64,000 nt of DNA, taken from the NCBI RefSeq assembly GCF_009914755.1, contig NC_060947.1; one strand, written 5' to 3'. Each line of letters starts with the position of its first letter. Position 1 is the first letter of the stretch. Position numbers and translations under genes: made by a program. This stretch comes from the human T2T-CHM13v2.0 reference genome, Homo sapiens. This document shows, in pieces, positions 45,030 to 60,952 of the stretch. Below the pieces are notes generated by a model, which was given only the letters and a program-made list of their open reading frames with translations, did not search any database and was not told where the DNA came from.

Positions 45030-48000
45030 CAGCTTGTCTCAACCTACAAAATTAACTCACTTTTATATTTATCCTTACTTTTTCTTTTTGTTTCAGAAAA
45101 TGAGGTGAACCTTCCCTATCTTAGGATAATCTCTCAACCTAAGCTCCTGACCTCATGAACTTTTTTCCTTTCCATCGACTCTCCTTCTCACCTATATCTT
45201 AAATCTCTTGTTCTCTAATGACTCCTTTCTCTTAGACTATAAACATAATAAAGTTTCTTCCACTGTAAGAGAAATTCTACCAATATGTTTCTTTCTAGCT
45301 GTTACCTTCTTTCTTTTATCAATCAAGTTTCTTGAACTAGTAATTTATAATTGTTTACTCCAGCTTAATTGCCTTCTGTTTATTTTTTAATCATCTACAT
45401 TCTGCCTTCTTCCTTACTGAATTTAATGATACCAATCTAATTACACTGCAGTTCTGTCTATTTCTATTCAATATTTTTGTGGGTTTCTATATGGATACCT
45501 CTAATTTGGGGCTCCTTGCCTCAGAGTTAACACAACAGAAAATATATCACCTCTGAAATTCTCATTAAGAGAGACAGGAATAACAGAAAACAGTGGGTGG
45601 AAGGAAGTTTGATTGTCAAGAATAATGGAAAAAAGGCAAAAATCCAATGTCTAAAAGGGAATTTGATTATATACATTGCTATTGAGAATGGATTCAGATA
45701 AACATTCTTGTACTATACAACACATGTTTCATCTTCTAAAAATACCCAAAGACTGTTAGGAAAAGACAAACCAATGTCACATAAACACCGTAATTTAGAA
45801 ACCTAGGGGCTGAACTAGCAAAAAATGTATGTGGTCATTCCATGATTAATATATTTTGTACTGTACTCTTCTGTGAGGTATATATAGGTATAGTTGCTAT
45901 TCTTTATCCATCCCCACTATTAGCAACAACTCATAAAACCTTCTGCTTTCAATAATAATACTGCAGACTAAATAAAATAAAATCTTAGAAATAAAAGATA
46001 AATGAAAGAAATCGGGTGTTAATGTAAATTAACACAGCACTCAGTTTGCAATGACTAAGCTGACAAATATGAAGACAGATTCAAACATCATAATTAACAC
46101 AACAGACTAAACAGAAATTGAAATTTGTTCTCTAAATAACACCATCTCAAGAATAATTAAGGCAGCAAAACTATAAAACAAAACTTTATTTTGGGGAGAA
46201 TAAACCCAAAACTGTACAGATGGATAAATTAATAAATTGCCATTACTCAATGTCTTTATGATTAAATAAGAGAGAAAAAAAAACAACCTAAGGAAATTTT
46301 AAAAAAAAGAAAACAAAAACAGCAATCCAAGGAAAAGTAAGAGAAAATAAATACAGAGCTACCAAACCATGTTGTAGTTTTGACAGCCTCATAGAGCAAG
46401 GAGTGCATAAACCAAAGCCTAGAATTTTCAAGTGGTGTGGAGTCTGACAACATGCATGCACACACATACACACAAACACATGCTACAATTTCAGATTATT
46501 GATGAATCAGAAGCATGCCTGTGTATCTTCTTCAAACCCCAGGAGACTGCAAGAGAGTTGCTTTAGTTTGAACAGGGCATAGACAAATTGAGACAAATAA
46601 AACAGACAAAACGATCCCCCTGCAAAAGGTTTTAAACCACAAGCAGGCCTCTCTTACTCTCTTAAGTTTGCAACTCAAATTCACATTAATGTTTGATCCA
46701 ATAAATCTCAAGTCATGAATTTAATTTAAAGTACCTGCAAACTCTGCCTCAGGTGACCTGCAGAAGTAAACATAAATCATCACTAGAAAATGACATTTTT
46801 GTATTAGGCTTTGGGAAACCCCCATAAATAATTTTTCGCAGACATTGGTCGGTATACAGAGAAAGATCACTAAAACGAGGAATCTAGGCACAATGAGAGA
46901 GAAACAACAGAAACAGCTAGAGCAGAAAGCAAATCCCCATACTTCAGATATTGAATTTATCAGGTGCATATTATATAAAAGGTTTAGGACCTCCACCAAA
47001 AGAAGTTTAAAATATCTGCAGAGTACAGGATATTTAAACAATAAACTAGATGATTTTATTAAAGAATCAAATACAACTTCCAGATATAAAAAGACTTTAG
47101 AAAGTAAAATGTGTGTATTACTAAGACACCCACTAAATCTAAATAAAAATAGACTGTATGTCTTCTATATTAGAAGAGGAGAAAAAATGATTTTAAAGCT
47201 ATCGATCCAAATATAAAATAAATAAATGAAAAAAACACACACACAAAAGGAAAATGAACATAAAATGGGCAAGCTAAATAGAAAGCATTAAAAGAAGATG
47301 ATAGTTTCAAACCCAGATATATCGGCGATTTTTTACATGTAAAGGAACTAAAGGCTCTGGTGCAAATAAAAAAGTTATCAGAAAGATTAAAAGTGATTAA
47401 AACTAAATTAACTACATATTGTTTATGAGTCATATCTAACACATAAGAAAACAGAAAAGTTGACAGTATATATGTTATGTAATTATTAACAAAAAATCCT
47501 CTATTTTTTAATAAGAAATAAAGACTTTCATGTGAAAGGTTTTACTAGAAGTAATGAGAAAAAAGGTTCAACTTACCAGGGAGATATAATAAATTTCTAT
47601 ACACCTAATAATGAAGATTCAAAATATATAAATCAAAATTAACAAAACTACACAAAACATAGATGTCTCTCATCATAACATATCTCTTTCAGAAATTAAC
47701 GTATTAGAGAGATTAAAGAAGTTAGGACAGATACAGAAGATTTGAACAAGATCGAGTAACAAATCTGACCTCATGGAAATATGGAGAATACCATACCCAT
47801 TGATGGCAAAAGAAAATACACATTTAAAAAATCTCACTAGGTATATTTACAAAAATGTACAAGGCTATAAAGAAAATCACAACAAATTTCAATTATTAAA
47901 ATAATATAGGATATCTTATCCTGCCACATGCAATTAAGGTAGAAATTAGTAATTAGGTGATAATGATAACATTGATAAGTGGTTGAAAATTAAGAAACAC

Positions 48001-49461
48001 ACTTCTAAATAACTCATGGTGAAATAAAATCAAAATACATATTAGAACATATTCTTAACTGTACAATAACAAAATTGCTATCAAAATTATGGCATACAGC
48101 TTACACAGTACTTAAGGAAAGCCATGTAGCCTTAAACACGTATATTAAAAAGATTTAAAAAAAAGTAATGAGCTAAGCACCTAGTTCAATCAGAAAGAAT
48201 GAGATTAAAATTAAAGCCCCAAAAGAAAGAAGATGATAATTAAAATATGATGATAAATTTTTGAAATAGAAAATAACATAATAGATATTTACTATCATCT
48301 TCCTTTTCTTTGGGCTTATTTTTTGATTGGTTGATAAAATTTGACAAAGGAATTCCAAAATTTATATGGAAATGCAAAGCAAACAATAGCCTCTTGAAGT
48401 TTTGAAGAATAAGGCAAAAGGACTTTACCAAATATCAGGACTGATATTATTTTTAATTGACAAATCATTGTTGTATACATTTATGGGGTACAATGTGATT
48501 TTTTTTTTGAGATGGAGTCTTGCTCTGTCACCCAGGCTGGAGTGCAGTGCCGCGATCTAGGCTCACTGCAGCCTCTGCCTCCCGGGTTCAAGCGAGTCTC
48601 GTGCCTCAGCCTCCTGAGTAGCTGGGATTAGAGGCGCCCACCACCATGCCTGGCTAATTTTTGTATTTAAATGTGATGTTTTGATATACGTATACATGTG
48701 GAATGATTAAATCAAGATGATTAACATATCGATCACTTTTCTTACCTATCATCTTTTTATGGTAAGACATTTGAAATTTACTCCTTCATTTTGAAATATA
48801 CAATACATTATTACTGACTACAGTTGCCCTGCTGTGCAATAGATCTCAAAACCTATTCCTCCTGTCTATCTGAAACATCGTACCCTTTGATCAACAACTT
48901 TCCATTCCTTTCTCTCTACCCCACCCAATCTCTGGTAAGTATCATTCTACTCTGCTTCTATGAATTCAACTTTTTTAGATTTCACATAAAAGAGAATGTG
49001 CTATTGGTCTTTCTGTTCCTGGCTTATTTCAGTTAGCATAGTATCCTTCAGGTTCATCTATATTGTCACAAATGGCAAGATTTCCTTCTTCGTTAAGGCT
49101 GAATAGTATTCCATTGTGTATATATACCACATTTTCTTTATCTATTCATCTGTTGATGGCCACTTAGGTTGCTACCAAATCTTGGCTATTGTGAACAGTG
49201 CTGCAACAAACATGGGAGTGCAGATATCTCTTCAATATATTGATCTCCTTCTTTTGGGGTATATACCCACAAGTGAGGTTACTGGATCATATTGTAGTTC
49301 TATTCTTAGTTTTTTGAGGAACTTCTGTATCATTTTTGATAATGTAATTTACATTCCCACCAACAATGTACAAGAGTTCCCTTTTCTCTGTATTAATGCC
49401 GGCACTTATCTTTCATCTTTTTTATAAAAGCCTGCCTTACAGGTGTGAGGTGATATATCAT

Positions 49462-49921
49462 TGCTATGTTATGAATATGGTTTGTCTAGCCCTACCAAGC
49501 TTATACTGAGATCTGATGCCCAGTGTGGCAGTGTTGGGAGGTGGGGTCTAGTGAAAGATGTTTGGGTCATGGGGGCAGATCCCTCATTAATGACTTAGTG
49601 CTGTTCTAGCAGTAGTGAGTGAATTCTTTATCTCTCAAGTCTGGATTGGTTCTTGGGGAAATAGATTCGTTCCTAGGAGAGTGAATTGTTATAAAGCTAG
49701 GACACCCCTCAGATTTGATCTCCTTTTGCACATGCCGGCTTCCCCTTTGACTTTCTCTGTCATATTTCAGCACAACACAAAAGCCCTGACCAGCAGCCAG
49801 TGGATGCTGACACCATGCTTCTTGCACGGCCTACAGAACTGTGAACTAAATAAACTTCTTTTCTTTATGAATTACCCAGCCTCAGGTATTCCTTTATAGA
49901 AACACAAAATTAGCTAAGACA
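49462..49921 (+). mobile_element. MST-family (MaLR) solo LTR
   Basis: TGCTATG...ggcagtgttgggaggtgggg...aataaacttctt...cccagcctcaggtattcctttatag...ctaagaCA. Confidence 0.9.
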
Positions 49922-50170
49922 CTGATTATGCTTTTAATTTGCATTTCCCTGAAGAGTAGTGATGCTGAGCATTTTTTTCATGTACTTGTTTGCCATTTGT
50001 ATATGTTCTTTTGAGAAATGTCTGTTCAAGTTCTTTGCCCATTTTTTGATCCAGTTATTTGTTTTCTTGCTATTGAGTTGTGTGAGTTCCTTATGTATTT
50101 TGGATACTAACCTCTTATCAGATGCATGGTTTGTAAATATTTTCTCTCATTCACGGGGTTGTCTCTTCTT

Positions 50171-51120
50171 AATATATTTAAGCATTTATTTAGTCATATT
50201 GATACTTGTTTCTTTTTTATTATGTATACTTTAAGTTCTGAGGTACATGTGCAGAACGTGGAGGTTTGTTACATAGGTGCCATGGTGGTTTGCTGCACCC
50301 ATCAAACTGTCATCTACATTAGGTATTTCTCCTAACACTATCCCTCCCCTAACCCCCCCCACCCACCAACGGGCCCTGGTGTGTGATGTTCCCCTCCCTG
50401 TGTCCATATGTTCTCATTGTTCAACTCCCACTTATGAGTGAGAACATGCGGTGTTTGGCTTTCTGTTCTTGTGTTAGTTTGCTGAGAATGATGGTTTCCA
50501 GCATCATCTATGTCCCTGCAAAGGACATGAACTTATTGTTTTTTATGGCTGCATAGTATTCCATGGTGCCTATGCGCCACATTTTCTTTATCCAGTCTAT
50601 CATTGATGGGCATTTGGGTTGGTTCCAAGTCTTTGCTAACATGAACAGTGCCGCAACAAACATACGTGTGCAACCTATCCATCTGACAAAGGGTTAACAT
50701 CCAGAATCTACAAAGAACTTAAACAGATTTACAAGAAAAAAACAAATAACCCCATCAAAAAGTGGGCAAAGGATATTAACAGACACTTCTCAAAAGAAGA
50801 CAATTATGCAGCCAACAAACATATGAAAAAAAGTTCATCATCACTGGTTATTAGAGAAATGCAAATCAAAACCACAATGAGATACCATCTCACACCAGTC
50901 AGAATGGCGATCATTAAAAAGTCAAGAAACAACAGATGCTGGAGAGGATGTGGAGAAACAGGAATGCTTTTACACGGTTTGTGGGAGTGTAAATTAGTTC
51001 AACCATTGTGGAAGACAGTGTGGCGATTCCTGAAGGATCTAGAACTAGAAATATCATTTGACCCAGCAATCCCATTACTGGGTATATACCCAAAGGATTG
51101 TAAATCATTCTACCATAAAG
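50171..51120 (-). mobile_element. L1PA7/8-like 5'-inverted insertion with short extra 3' sequence
   Basis: Minus 3'UTR at 50213-50672, flipped part 50671-51120; TSD gg(g/a)gttg(t/c)ctctt at 50155-50167 and 51121-51133. Confidence 0.85.
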
Positions 51121-51851
51121 GGAGTTGCCTCTTTACTGTGTTGTTTCCTTTGCTGTGCAGAGACTTTTTAATTTGATGGCATCTTGTCTATTTTTGCTTT
51201 TGTTGCCTGTGCTTTTGGGGTCATAGATAAAAAAGTATTGCCCAGGCCACTGTCATAGAGCTTTTTCTCATCTCATGTTTTTTTCTAGTTGTTTTATAGT
51301 TGTAGGTCTTATGTTTAAGTCTCTAATCTATTGGAGCTGATTTTTTAATATGGTGTGAGATGAGGGTCCAATTTCATTCTTTGGCATGTGTATATTCAGT
51401 TTTCCCAACACTATTTATTAAAGAGACCATCCTTTACCCATTGCATGTTCTTGGCACCTTTGTCAAAAATCAAAGGACCATAAACATATGGGCTTATTTC
51501 TGGGCTTCCTATCCTGTTCCATTGGTTGATGTGTCTCTTTTTATGCCAGTACCATATTGTTTTGATTGATTACAACTGCTTTATAATAGACTTTGAAATC
51601 AAGGACAGTGATGCCTTCACATTTGTTCTTTTTGCTCAAGATTATTTTGGCTATTCTGGATCTTTTGTAGTATCATATAAATTTAATGATTTTTTTTCAA
51701 CACCTTAATACCAAAGCTAGACAAGAACACACACACATACAAAGAAAATTACAGGCCAGCCAGGCATGGTGGCTCACACCTGTAATCCCAGCACTTTGGG
51801 AGGCCGAGGCAGGCAGATCATGAGGTCAGGAGATCGAGACCATCCTGGCTA

Positions 51852-52116
<265 letters not shown>

Positions 52117-54139
52117 TCAAAACCATTCAACAAAACATTAGCAAAGCAAATTCAATAACATACTGAAAGAATCATTTACCATGATCAACTGGCATTTATG
52201 TCTACTAGAATGCAAAGATGGTTTAACATATGCAAATCAAAAATTTATAATACTCCATATTAAGAAAGCAAAGGGTAAAATCCCTACGATCATCTCAATC
52301 AATTTAGAAAAAGAATGTGACAAAATTCAACACTCTCTTGATTACAAAAAAAAAAAAACCCTCGATAAAGGCCATACATGCCAAACCTGCAGCTAACATC
52401 ATTCTCGACAGCGAAAAGTTAAAAGTTTTTCCTCTAATATCAGAAACAAGACAAGGATGCCCACCCTTGCCACTTCTTTTCAGCTTAGTAAAAGAATTTC
52501 TAGCCAGAGCAATTAAGCAAGAGAAAGAGTTAAAAAGCATTCTTAATGGAAAGGAAGAGGCGAAATTGTCTCTGGTTACTGATGACATGATTTTTATATG
52601 TGGAAAACCCTACAGACTCCACCACAAAAAAAAAAAAAAAAAAGAAAAACCTATCCAAGCTGATTAACAAACTCAGTAAAGTTGAAGGATACAAAATACC
52701 CTTACAAAAATCAGGAGCCTTTCTACATACTATGAATGAACTACCCAAAAAGAAAAATCAAGAAAACAACCCCATTTATAACAGCAACAAAAATAATATA
52801 TTTGGTGTAAATTCAGCCAAGTAGGTAAAAGACCTGTATGCTGAAAACTATAGAACACTGATTAAAGACATTGAAGAAAACACAAATAAATGGAAAGATA
52901 GCTCATGTTCATAAATTGAAAGAATTAATGTTTTTCAATCTCCATACTACCCAAAGTGATCTACAGATTTAATGAAAACCTTACCAAAATACCAATGACA
53001 TTTTTCAGAGAAATAGAAAAAAGACTATTTAAAAAAAATTAATTAGCACAGAGGGTATTGGTGCCAGAAGAGATAAACAAATGGCATTGAATAGAGAGTT
53101 CAGAAATAGATATAGGTTTATAAGACAATTGATTTGTGACTAAAGTAGCACCAAAGACTTTCTGGCAAATACAGGCTTTTCAATAAATGGTTGTAGGACA
53201 ATTTGCTATTTTCAAAATTTATACAAAATTAAATTGTAACCTTACCCATAGTATACAAAAATGTATTACAGGTGGATTGAAGATCTAAATATGAAAGGCA
53301 GAATGATAAAGCCTGTACAATAGAAATGAACTTCTTCACAGAGTAAGAGAATATTACTTAAACTTACACAAAGTGATAACCTATAAAGGAAGCAACTGTT
53401 AAAACAGACTACATTAAAATTCAGATCTCTGTTCATTAAAAGATGCAAGAAAGTGAGTAAACAACAAATACCGAATGGTAGACGTTTGTCACACATCATA
53501 CGTATATCTGATAAAGAAACATTATCCAAAGAATTCCTACAACATCATAAGAAAAAGAGAGAAAATCCAATAGAAAAATGGACAAAAGACTTAAAAAGGC
53601 ACTTCACAAAAAAGGAAGGTCAAATTGTCATTAACCATAAGAAAAAGTGTTTGCCTCATTAATAATCATGATAATGAAAATTAGAAATTTAGAAATTAGA
53701 AATTAGAAAATAAGCTCTCACCACAAACTAATTGATTGACAAAAAAATTTAAAGTCTCATAATACAAAGTTTGGCAAGAATAATGAAGCACAAGAGATCT
53801 CTTACACTTCAGGTAGGAGTATAAAATGGTACAAACTCTTTGGAGAAAAGTTTGGCATTAGACTATAAATTTGATGATACACATATACATGATGTACTAT
53901 TTCTACTGTTAGACATATATGTTAAAGAAACATATATTGATGCACCAGGATAATTGTTAAAGCATGTTCATAGAAACACTGTTCTGTAAAAACAGAACTG
54001 GAAACAATCTGAAGGTCTATCTTACAATAGAATGAATACATTGTGCTGTATTCATACAAAGGAATACCATACCACAATGAAACAGAATGAACTACAATTA
54101 CATGCAACAACCTGTACACATCTCACAAACCTAACATTA

Positions 54140-55957
<1,818 letters not shown>

Positions 55958-58781
55958 AAGAAGCCACAAAGGAAAATCATGATTCCATTCATATAAAGTT
56001 CAAAAACAGCAAAACTAAAGTGTATTTTGTTATACATATAATAAAGTTATTTTTAAAAGTAAGATTAAGGATAGTGGAAGTAAAGTGGGAAAGAAAAGGT
56101 TGAAATTAGAAATAAGTTCGTTACAGGCTTCTGGAGTACCCACAATGTTATAGCTGTTGACTTAGTGGTTCTACAGGTGTTCACTTCTTAATTATTCTAA
56201 AACAGCGTGCATCTTTGTGTGATAATTATATTTACATATATAGTGTTTCATATTTTAAGCTAAAACACAGAAAAGTAAGTCCTATGCACAGTTGAATAAT
56301 AAAAATTTCAGATTGTTGATTACATTGATATATATCCTTAAAAACTTAGTCTTAAGATTGATTGAAGAAATGCAATTAAAGCAACAAGGCATCACTCCAC
56401 CTATCAAATGAACAAAAGCTTTTTAAAAAAATGCTAAACAATTCTGTTGAAGATAGGACGAGACAAGAATTCCATATATCTGCTAGTGTGAGCGTAAATC
56501 TATGCTTCCTTCCTTGTAAACAATCTTGCAGCATGAATAAAAAGCCTGTAAAAAAAAATCCATGCTTTGACTCAGTAACTGCACTTCTAGGAATCTACTG
56601 GACAGAAAAAAACCAAAGATTCAAAAAAGTCATGTTCAAATATATTTTCTGCAATATAACAGTATATTAGTTAAATTTTAAAAAATAAATTGAATGTGCA
56701 TACTAACAGAATGGTTAAATAAACAATGGTCGTTGATACATCTAAATATTATACAGGTGAAAATTACATTTTAGAACTATTTTATGTGGAAAAATGTATA
56801 TGATATATTAATATATTTGAAAGTCAGGATATATAACCCAGAAATATAAGTTTTCAATCAAAGAGATAGAGTGTCTTGTCCAATGTCGTAACACAATGAA
56901 AACAGAGAATGGAATTGAAACAAATATTATCAAAGAGAATAACTATAGCACAGGAGCGTTCAATCAATGAGTGCCCACCTGATCATGGTGTATTTTCTAT
57001 GTATGATCATCAAAGTGGACAAATAAACATTCTTAAGAGCATTACCATTGAATTGCATAACTTAGTGGTCCATAATAATAATCAGTAGCCAACTATAGAT
57101 TCTCACCCTGCATGTGTTCAGATAACCCTGACCATAAATGAGCCGATATTCACAATGCGTAAGTTGACAACCACTGTTTATGAGAAGATATCACTATTCC
57201 AAGAACACTACTATTTAGAATGAATACTAAATTTGCAATGGTAAATAAGTAGATATCCATAGTGAAGTAATGATGTTTTCACCAATAATATGAAGTCATT
57301 AAATCATGAAACATGTCATAATAGTGCTAGAGCACACAACTATAGGATGGTTATTATTCAGGCAGATACTGCATGTATTTTTAAAATTATGAAACAAATG
57401 GATTTGCTTCAGGATCAGATGCAACCATGCAAAAGATTATACTAATATATGCTCAAGCACACAGGGTACATGAACAGCTATCACTTAAGTTTGAAAAATT
57501 CATTATAATGGACACTCAAACAACTCTGCCACATTTGCTGCAAGGCATGCAACAGTAGACATTTGGAGATGAAAAAGGAAAAGAATGGTAATAGAAGAGC
57601 AGGCAAATGTGGTATATGAGCTAACCATCTAGGGCTTATAATACTTCATTCTTAGTACTATAGTAGACAATCATAGTTCAGGCATAGATACACATAGTAA
57701 ATATGCACAACTCTACAACTTAAGACAGAAGGAGATGTCACTAATGATCTGCTTACTGAAGTATATGTGTTGCTTGACTTAAACACACACAAGGCATAGA
57801 AAGTAGTAGCTTTGGTCCAGAAGTAGAGGGTAATGGTATAAAAAAGAAAACCTCGGCATAGATCAAGAAGACCATAGCACATAAATATCCATCAACAGCG
57901 TTTTATAATTTGACCATGATACATAACAAACAACCTCAGATTATGAATTGAAACTTACGAAACAGGAGGAAGTAGCCATGATGCAGAAATAAATGGACAT
58001 AGTACAGGTGCAATCACAAATACTGTGTTATGTGATACACAGAACATGAATTTTTAAAAATGGCTTTGGTCCAGGAGCTGAAGGAATTAATGCAAATGGA
58101 GATCCCACGGCACATTCCCAGACAACCATGCTGCGTGATGAAGCGGCACTACTAGAGGCTGAGGATTTGACCGTGATGCATAATCAGATGACAGCAGCTA
58201 TATAAGAGGAGATAGCAATGATTCAAGAACACATCTATGCAGCCTAAGTGCAGACAGTAATTGATATATGAAGGAATGTAGCAGATGGCAATGATGCAAA
58301 AGGAGATCATGAATACCATATGATCACAATGTACCCTAAGACAACTGCAAAATGAGCTCTTGACTATGTTATGAGAAGATGATATAGAAGGAGACAACAC
58401 TGATGGAGGGGAAGAATACCTCAGTGCCGGACCTAAAAACCATCATGCATCAGCTAATACATAGTCCAATACACAGAAGATGGCATTTTCGGTGCAGGAT
58501 CAAACTATAATGGCTCATGCTTAGAAAATTGTGATTTTTTATATATGGTACATGGAAGGGAAGCATGGTAAATGATAAAAAAAAATATAGGAGCAGAGAG
58601 ACATCGTTTAGAGCTTGTTCACATGGATAAGATTTGAGATTAAAAAAATACAACACAGGAACAAAGATTTGGGGGCAAAGTAAATGGCAATAGTAAAAAG
58701 TAAAACAACACAGTATATATTTAAATAGCAATGTGGTATGAACAAACATTCCTGGTGTTTGAACTTCTAATATACAATCAG

Positions 58782-58875
58782 TTTTCAACTTCTTTGCCTT
58801 TGGTTTGAATGTCCTCCCATAGCTCAGAGTAATTTGATCGTCTGAAGCCTTCTTCTCTCAGCTCGTCAAAGTCAT
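58782..58875 (-). mobile_element. 94-bp L1HS/L1PA2-type ORF1 fragment
   Basis: Encodes DFDELREEGFRRSNYSEL(W)EDIQTKGKEVEN; flanked by a caatcag direct repeat. Confidence 0.92.
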
Positions 58876-59434
58876 CAATCAGATAACTATAAAGTGTATG
58901 CTGAGAGTAAGGACACAGAGCTAAAGGATGTGATACAGAAACTGACAGCAATGACAGGAAACCATAAAAAGGGAATTCAAATGAAATAAATTTGATATAT
59001 AAACTTATTTCAATAACATGAATGATGGCTATCTCATTACAACAGTAGACACAATTATGCCTTATGCAGAAAACCATGGTATGTGAGCACATTAGATAAC
59101 TATGGTGATGCACATACAAGTATGTTTGAGGAAAAATTAGAAATGGTAGGTCAAGAAAGCCATAGACTGGTACTTACCGAGAGGGGCATGGTACAATATT
59201 TTCAAAATAAGATGGCATGAAATAGTCCAGGAGCAGATGGCAATGGCCCTATAGATGACATCAAGGCAAATGGTTGTACAACATTTGTGCATTGTAAAGC
59301 CACCACCAGTGCTTAACCATTAGACTATAACACACACCAAGATAATCCCAGAACATAGGCTGCCAACCATGATAGAGAATGAAGAAAAAATTCTAGTATA
59401 ATAACGATGATAACGATGATGAGGATATTATTAA

Positions 59435-59530
59435 AAATTATAATTATTTAGAACTTATTACATACCAAGCACTAAGCACTTTAAAAAAACAAGCATATGA
59501 GGTAGATGTTATTATTTTAGGGAAAAACAA
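59435..59530 (-). mobile_element. Partial MIR within the repeat array
   Basis: cataccaagcactaagcactt...tatgaggtagatgttattatt, preceded by an (ATA/ATG)n tail. Confidence 0.6.
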
Positions 59531-60554
59531 AAAAAAGTGATTTGTATATAATGCAGTCTACCCTTATTATATATCAGTGGTGCTATGCTACCTCTAATGG
59601 ATATGGTAAATTAAAAAACACATGCTTAACAGAGGAATTAATGGCTATATTGCTGATAGAGACAATAATTCCTGTTGCATAAATAAATATATAGTCCATT
59701 GCCAGACATTCTTGGTGTATGAGCAGTCACAATAGTCAGAACATTTGACCACAGGCACACTCAGATAATCCTGCAATATGAACTGACATTCAGGATGGCA
59801 GAAGCACAGGCAAACACGATACTGTCAAAATTAACAAACTGTTATTCATGATACAGATGATTCCATCCTTTTATCAGTTCAGGAGTAGACAATGACAACT
59901 GCATTTTTACACAACCATAGTGTATGAGCGAAAGTCTATAGTACAACCCCATACACAATATATGAGCAGAAATTCCTTACGCGTGCTCAGTCTACCATGG
60001 AGAATGAGCCAATACTTACACATAAAAGAAAACAGACATGACACAAAGAAAATAGCCACATAGTTGAAATTGTACAGATGATCACAATATATAATCGAAA
60101 AGCCACAATACGGGAAAGAATTCCTTGGTTTAGGAGGAGATGGCAATGGTAGGAGACACCATGACATGCGCTCCAATGATCACATGGAAGAAAAACTACC
60201 ACTGGTGTTTGAGAATTTAACCACAATACACACCAATATACACTGAAAGGTGAGCTATCAATTATGATACAGGTACAGGTGGAAATAGAATAGTAGTCAA
60301 CTACTGTGCTATTCTTTCTCAAAAAGACACGATGAATAATGAAATACAACACAGCAATGAATGACTTTGCCAAAGGAGTAAAGGGTATATGTGCAAAAGG
60401 AAAAACCAAGGTATAACATCAGACGACCATGCTGAATGGACAGCCACCACCAGTAATTTAGCATGTGACTAAGGTACACAACCAGACATTCTCAGAATGC
60501 AAGCTAAAAGTCATGATAAAGAATAAAGAGACATAATACAAATAATATAACAAT

Positions 60555-60760
60555 ATCAGCAAATACTTATCATTTATATGTGTCAGGCACTAATCTAAGC
60601 ATTCTACATGTGCATCTTTGAATCCTCACAACTCTATGAGGTATTATTATTTATTTTACAGTTTAGAAAACAGAAACAGAAGGGTGAAATGACTTCCTCA
60701 AGAATTTCAAACTATTAAATAGGAGAACTGGGATTTAAGTCCAAGCAGTGAGCATTGTGC
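60555..60760 (-). mobile_element. MIR within the repeat array
   Basis: tgtgtcaggcactaatctaagc...aatcctcacaactctatgagg...ttttacag...ggatttaagtccaagcag. Confidence 0.85.
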
Positions 60761-60871
60761 ACATACACTGATGGTGCCATGCTTCCTCATATGGATGTGA
60801 TACAAGATTAGAAACACAGAGCACAGGAACAAATGGCTTTGGTCCAGAAGCAGACGGCAATGTAGCAAAAG

Positions 60872-60952
60872 TAGACACCGTAGCACATGCTCAAACATCC
60901 GTGGTGCATGAGCAGCCACCACAGGAGTCTGAGCATTTGACCACGATGCACA
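60872..60952 (-). ncRNA. MIR105-1: microRNA 105-1 precursor hairpin (5p 60918-60940, 3p 60881-60902)
   Basis: The minus strand contains UCAAAUGCUCAGACUCCUGUGGU (miR-105-5p) and ACGGAUGUUUGAGCAUGUGCUA (3p) in an 81-nt fold-back. It is intronic and on the same strand as GABRA3. Confidence 0.97.
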
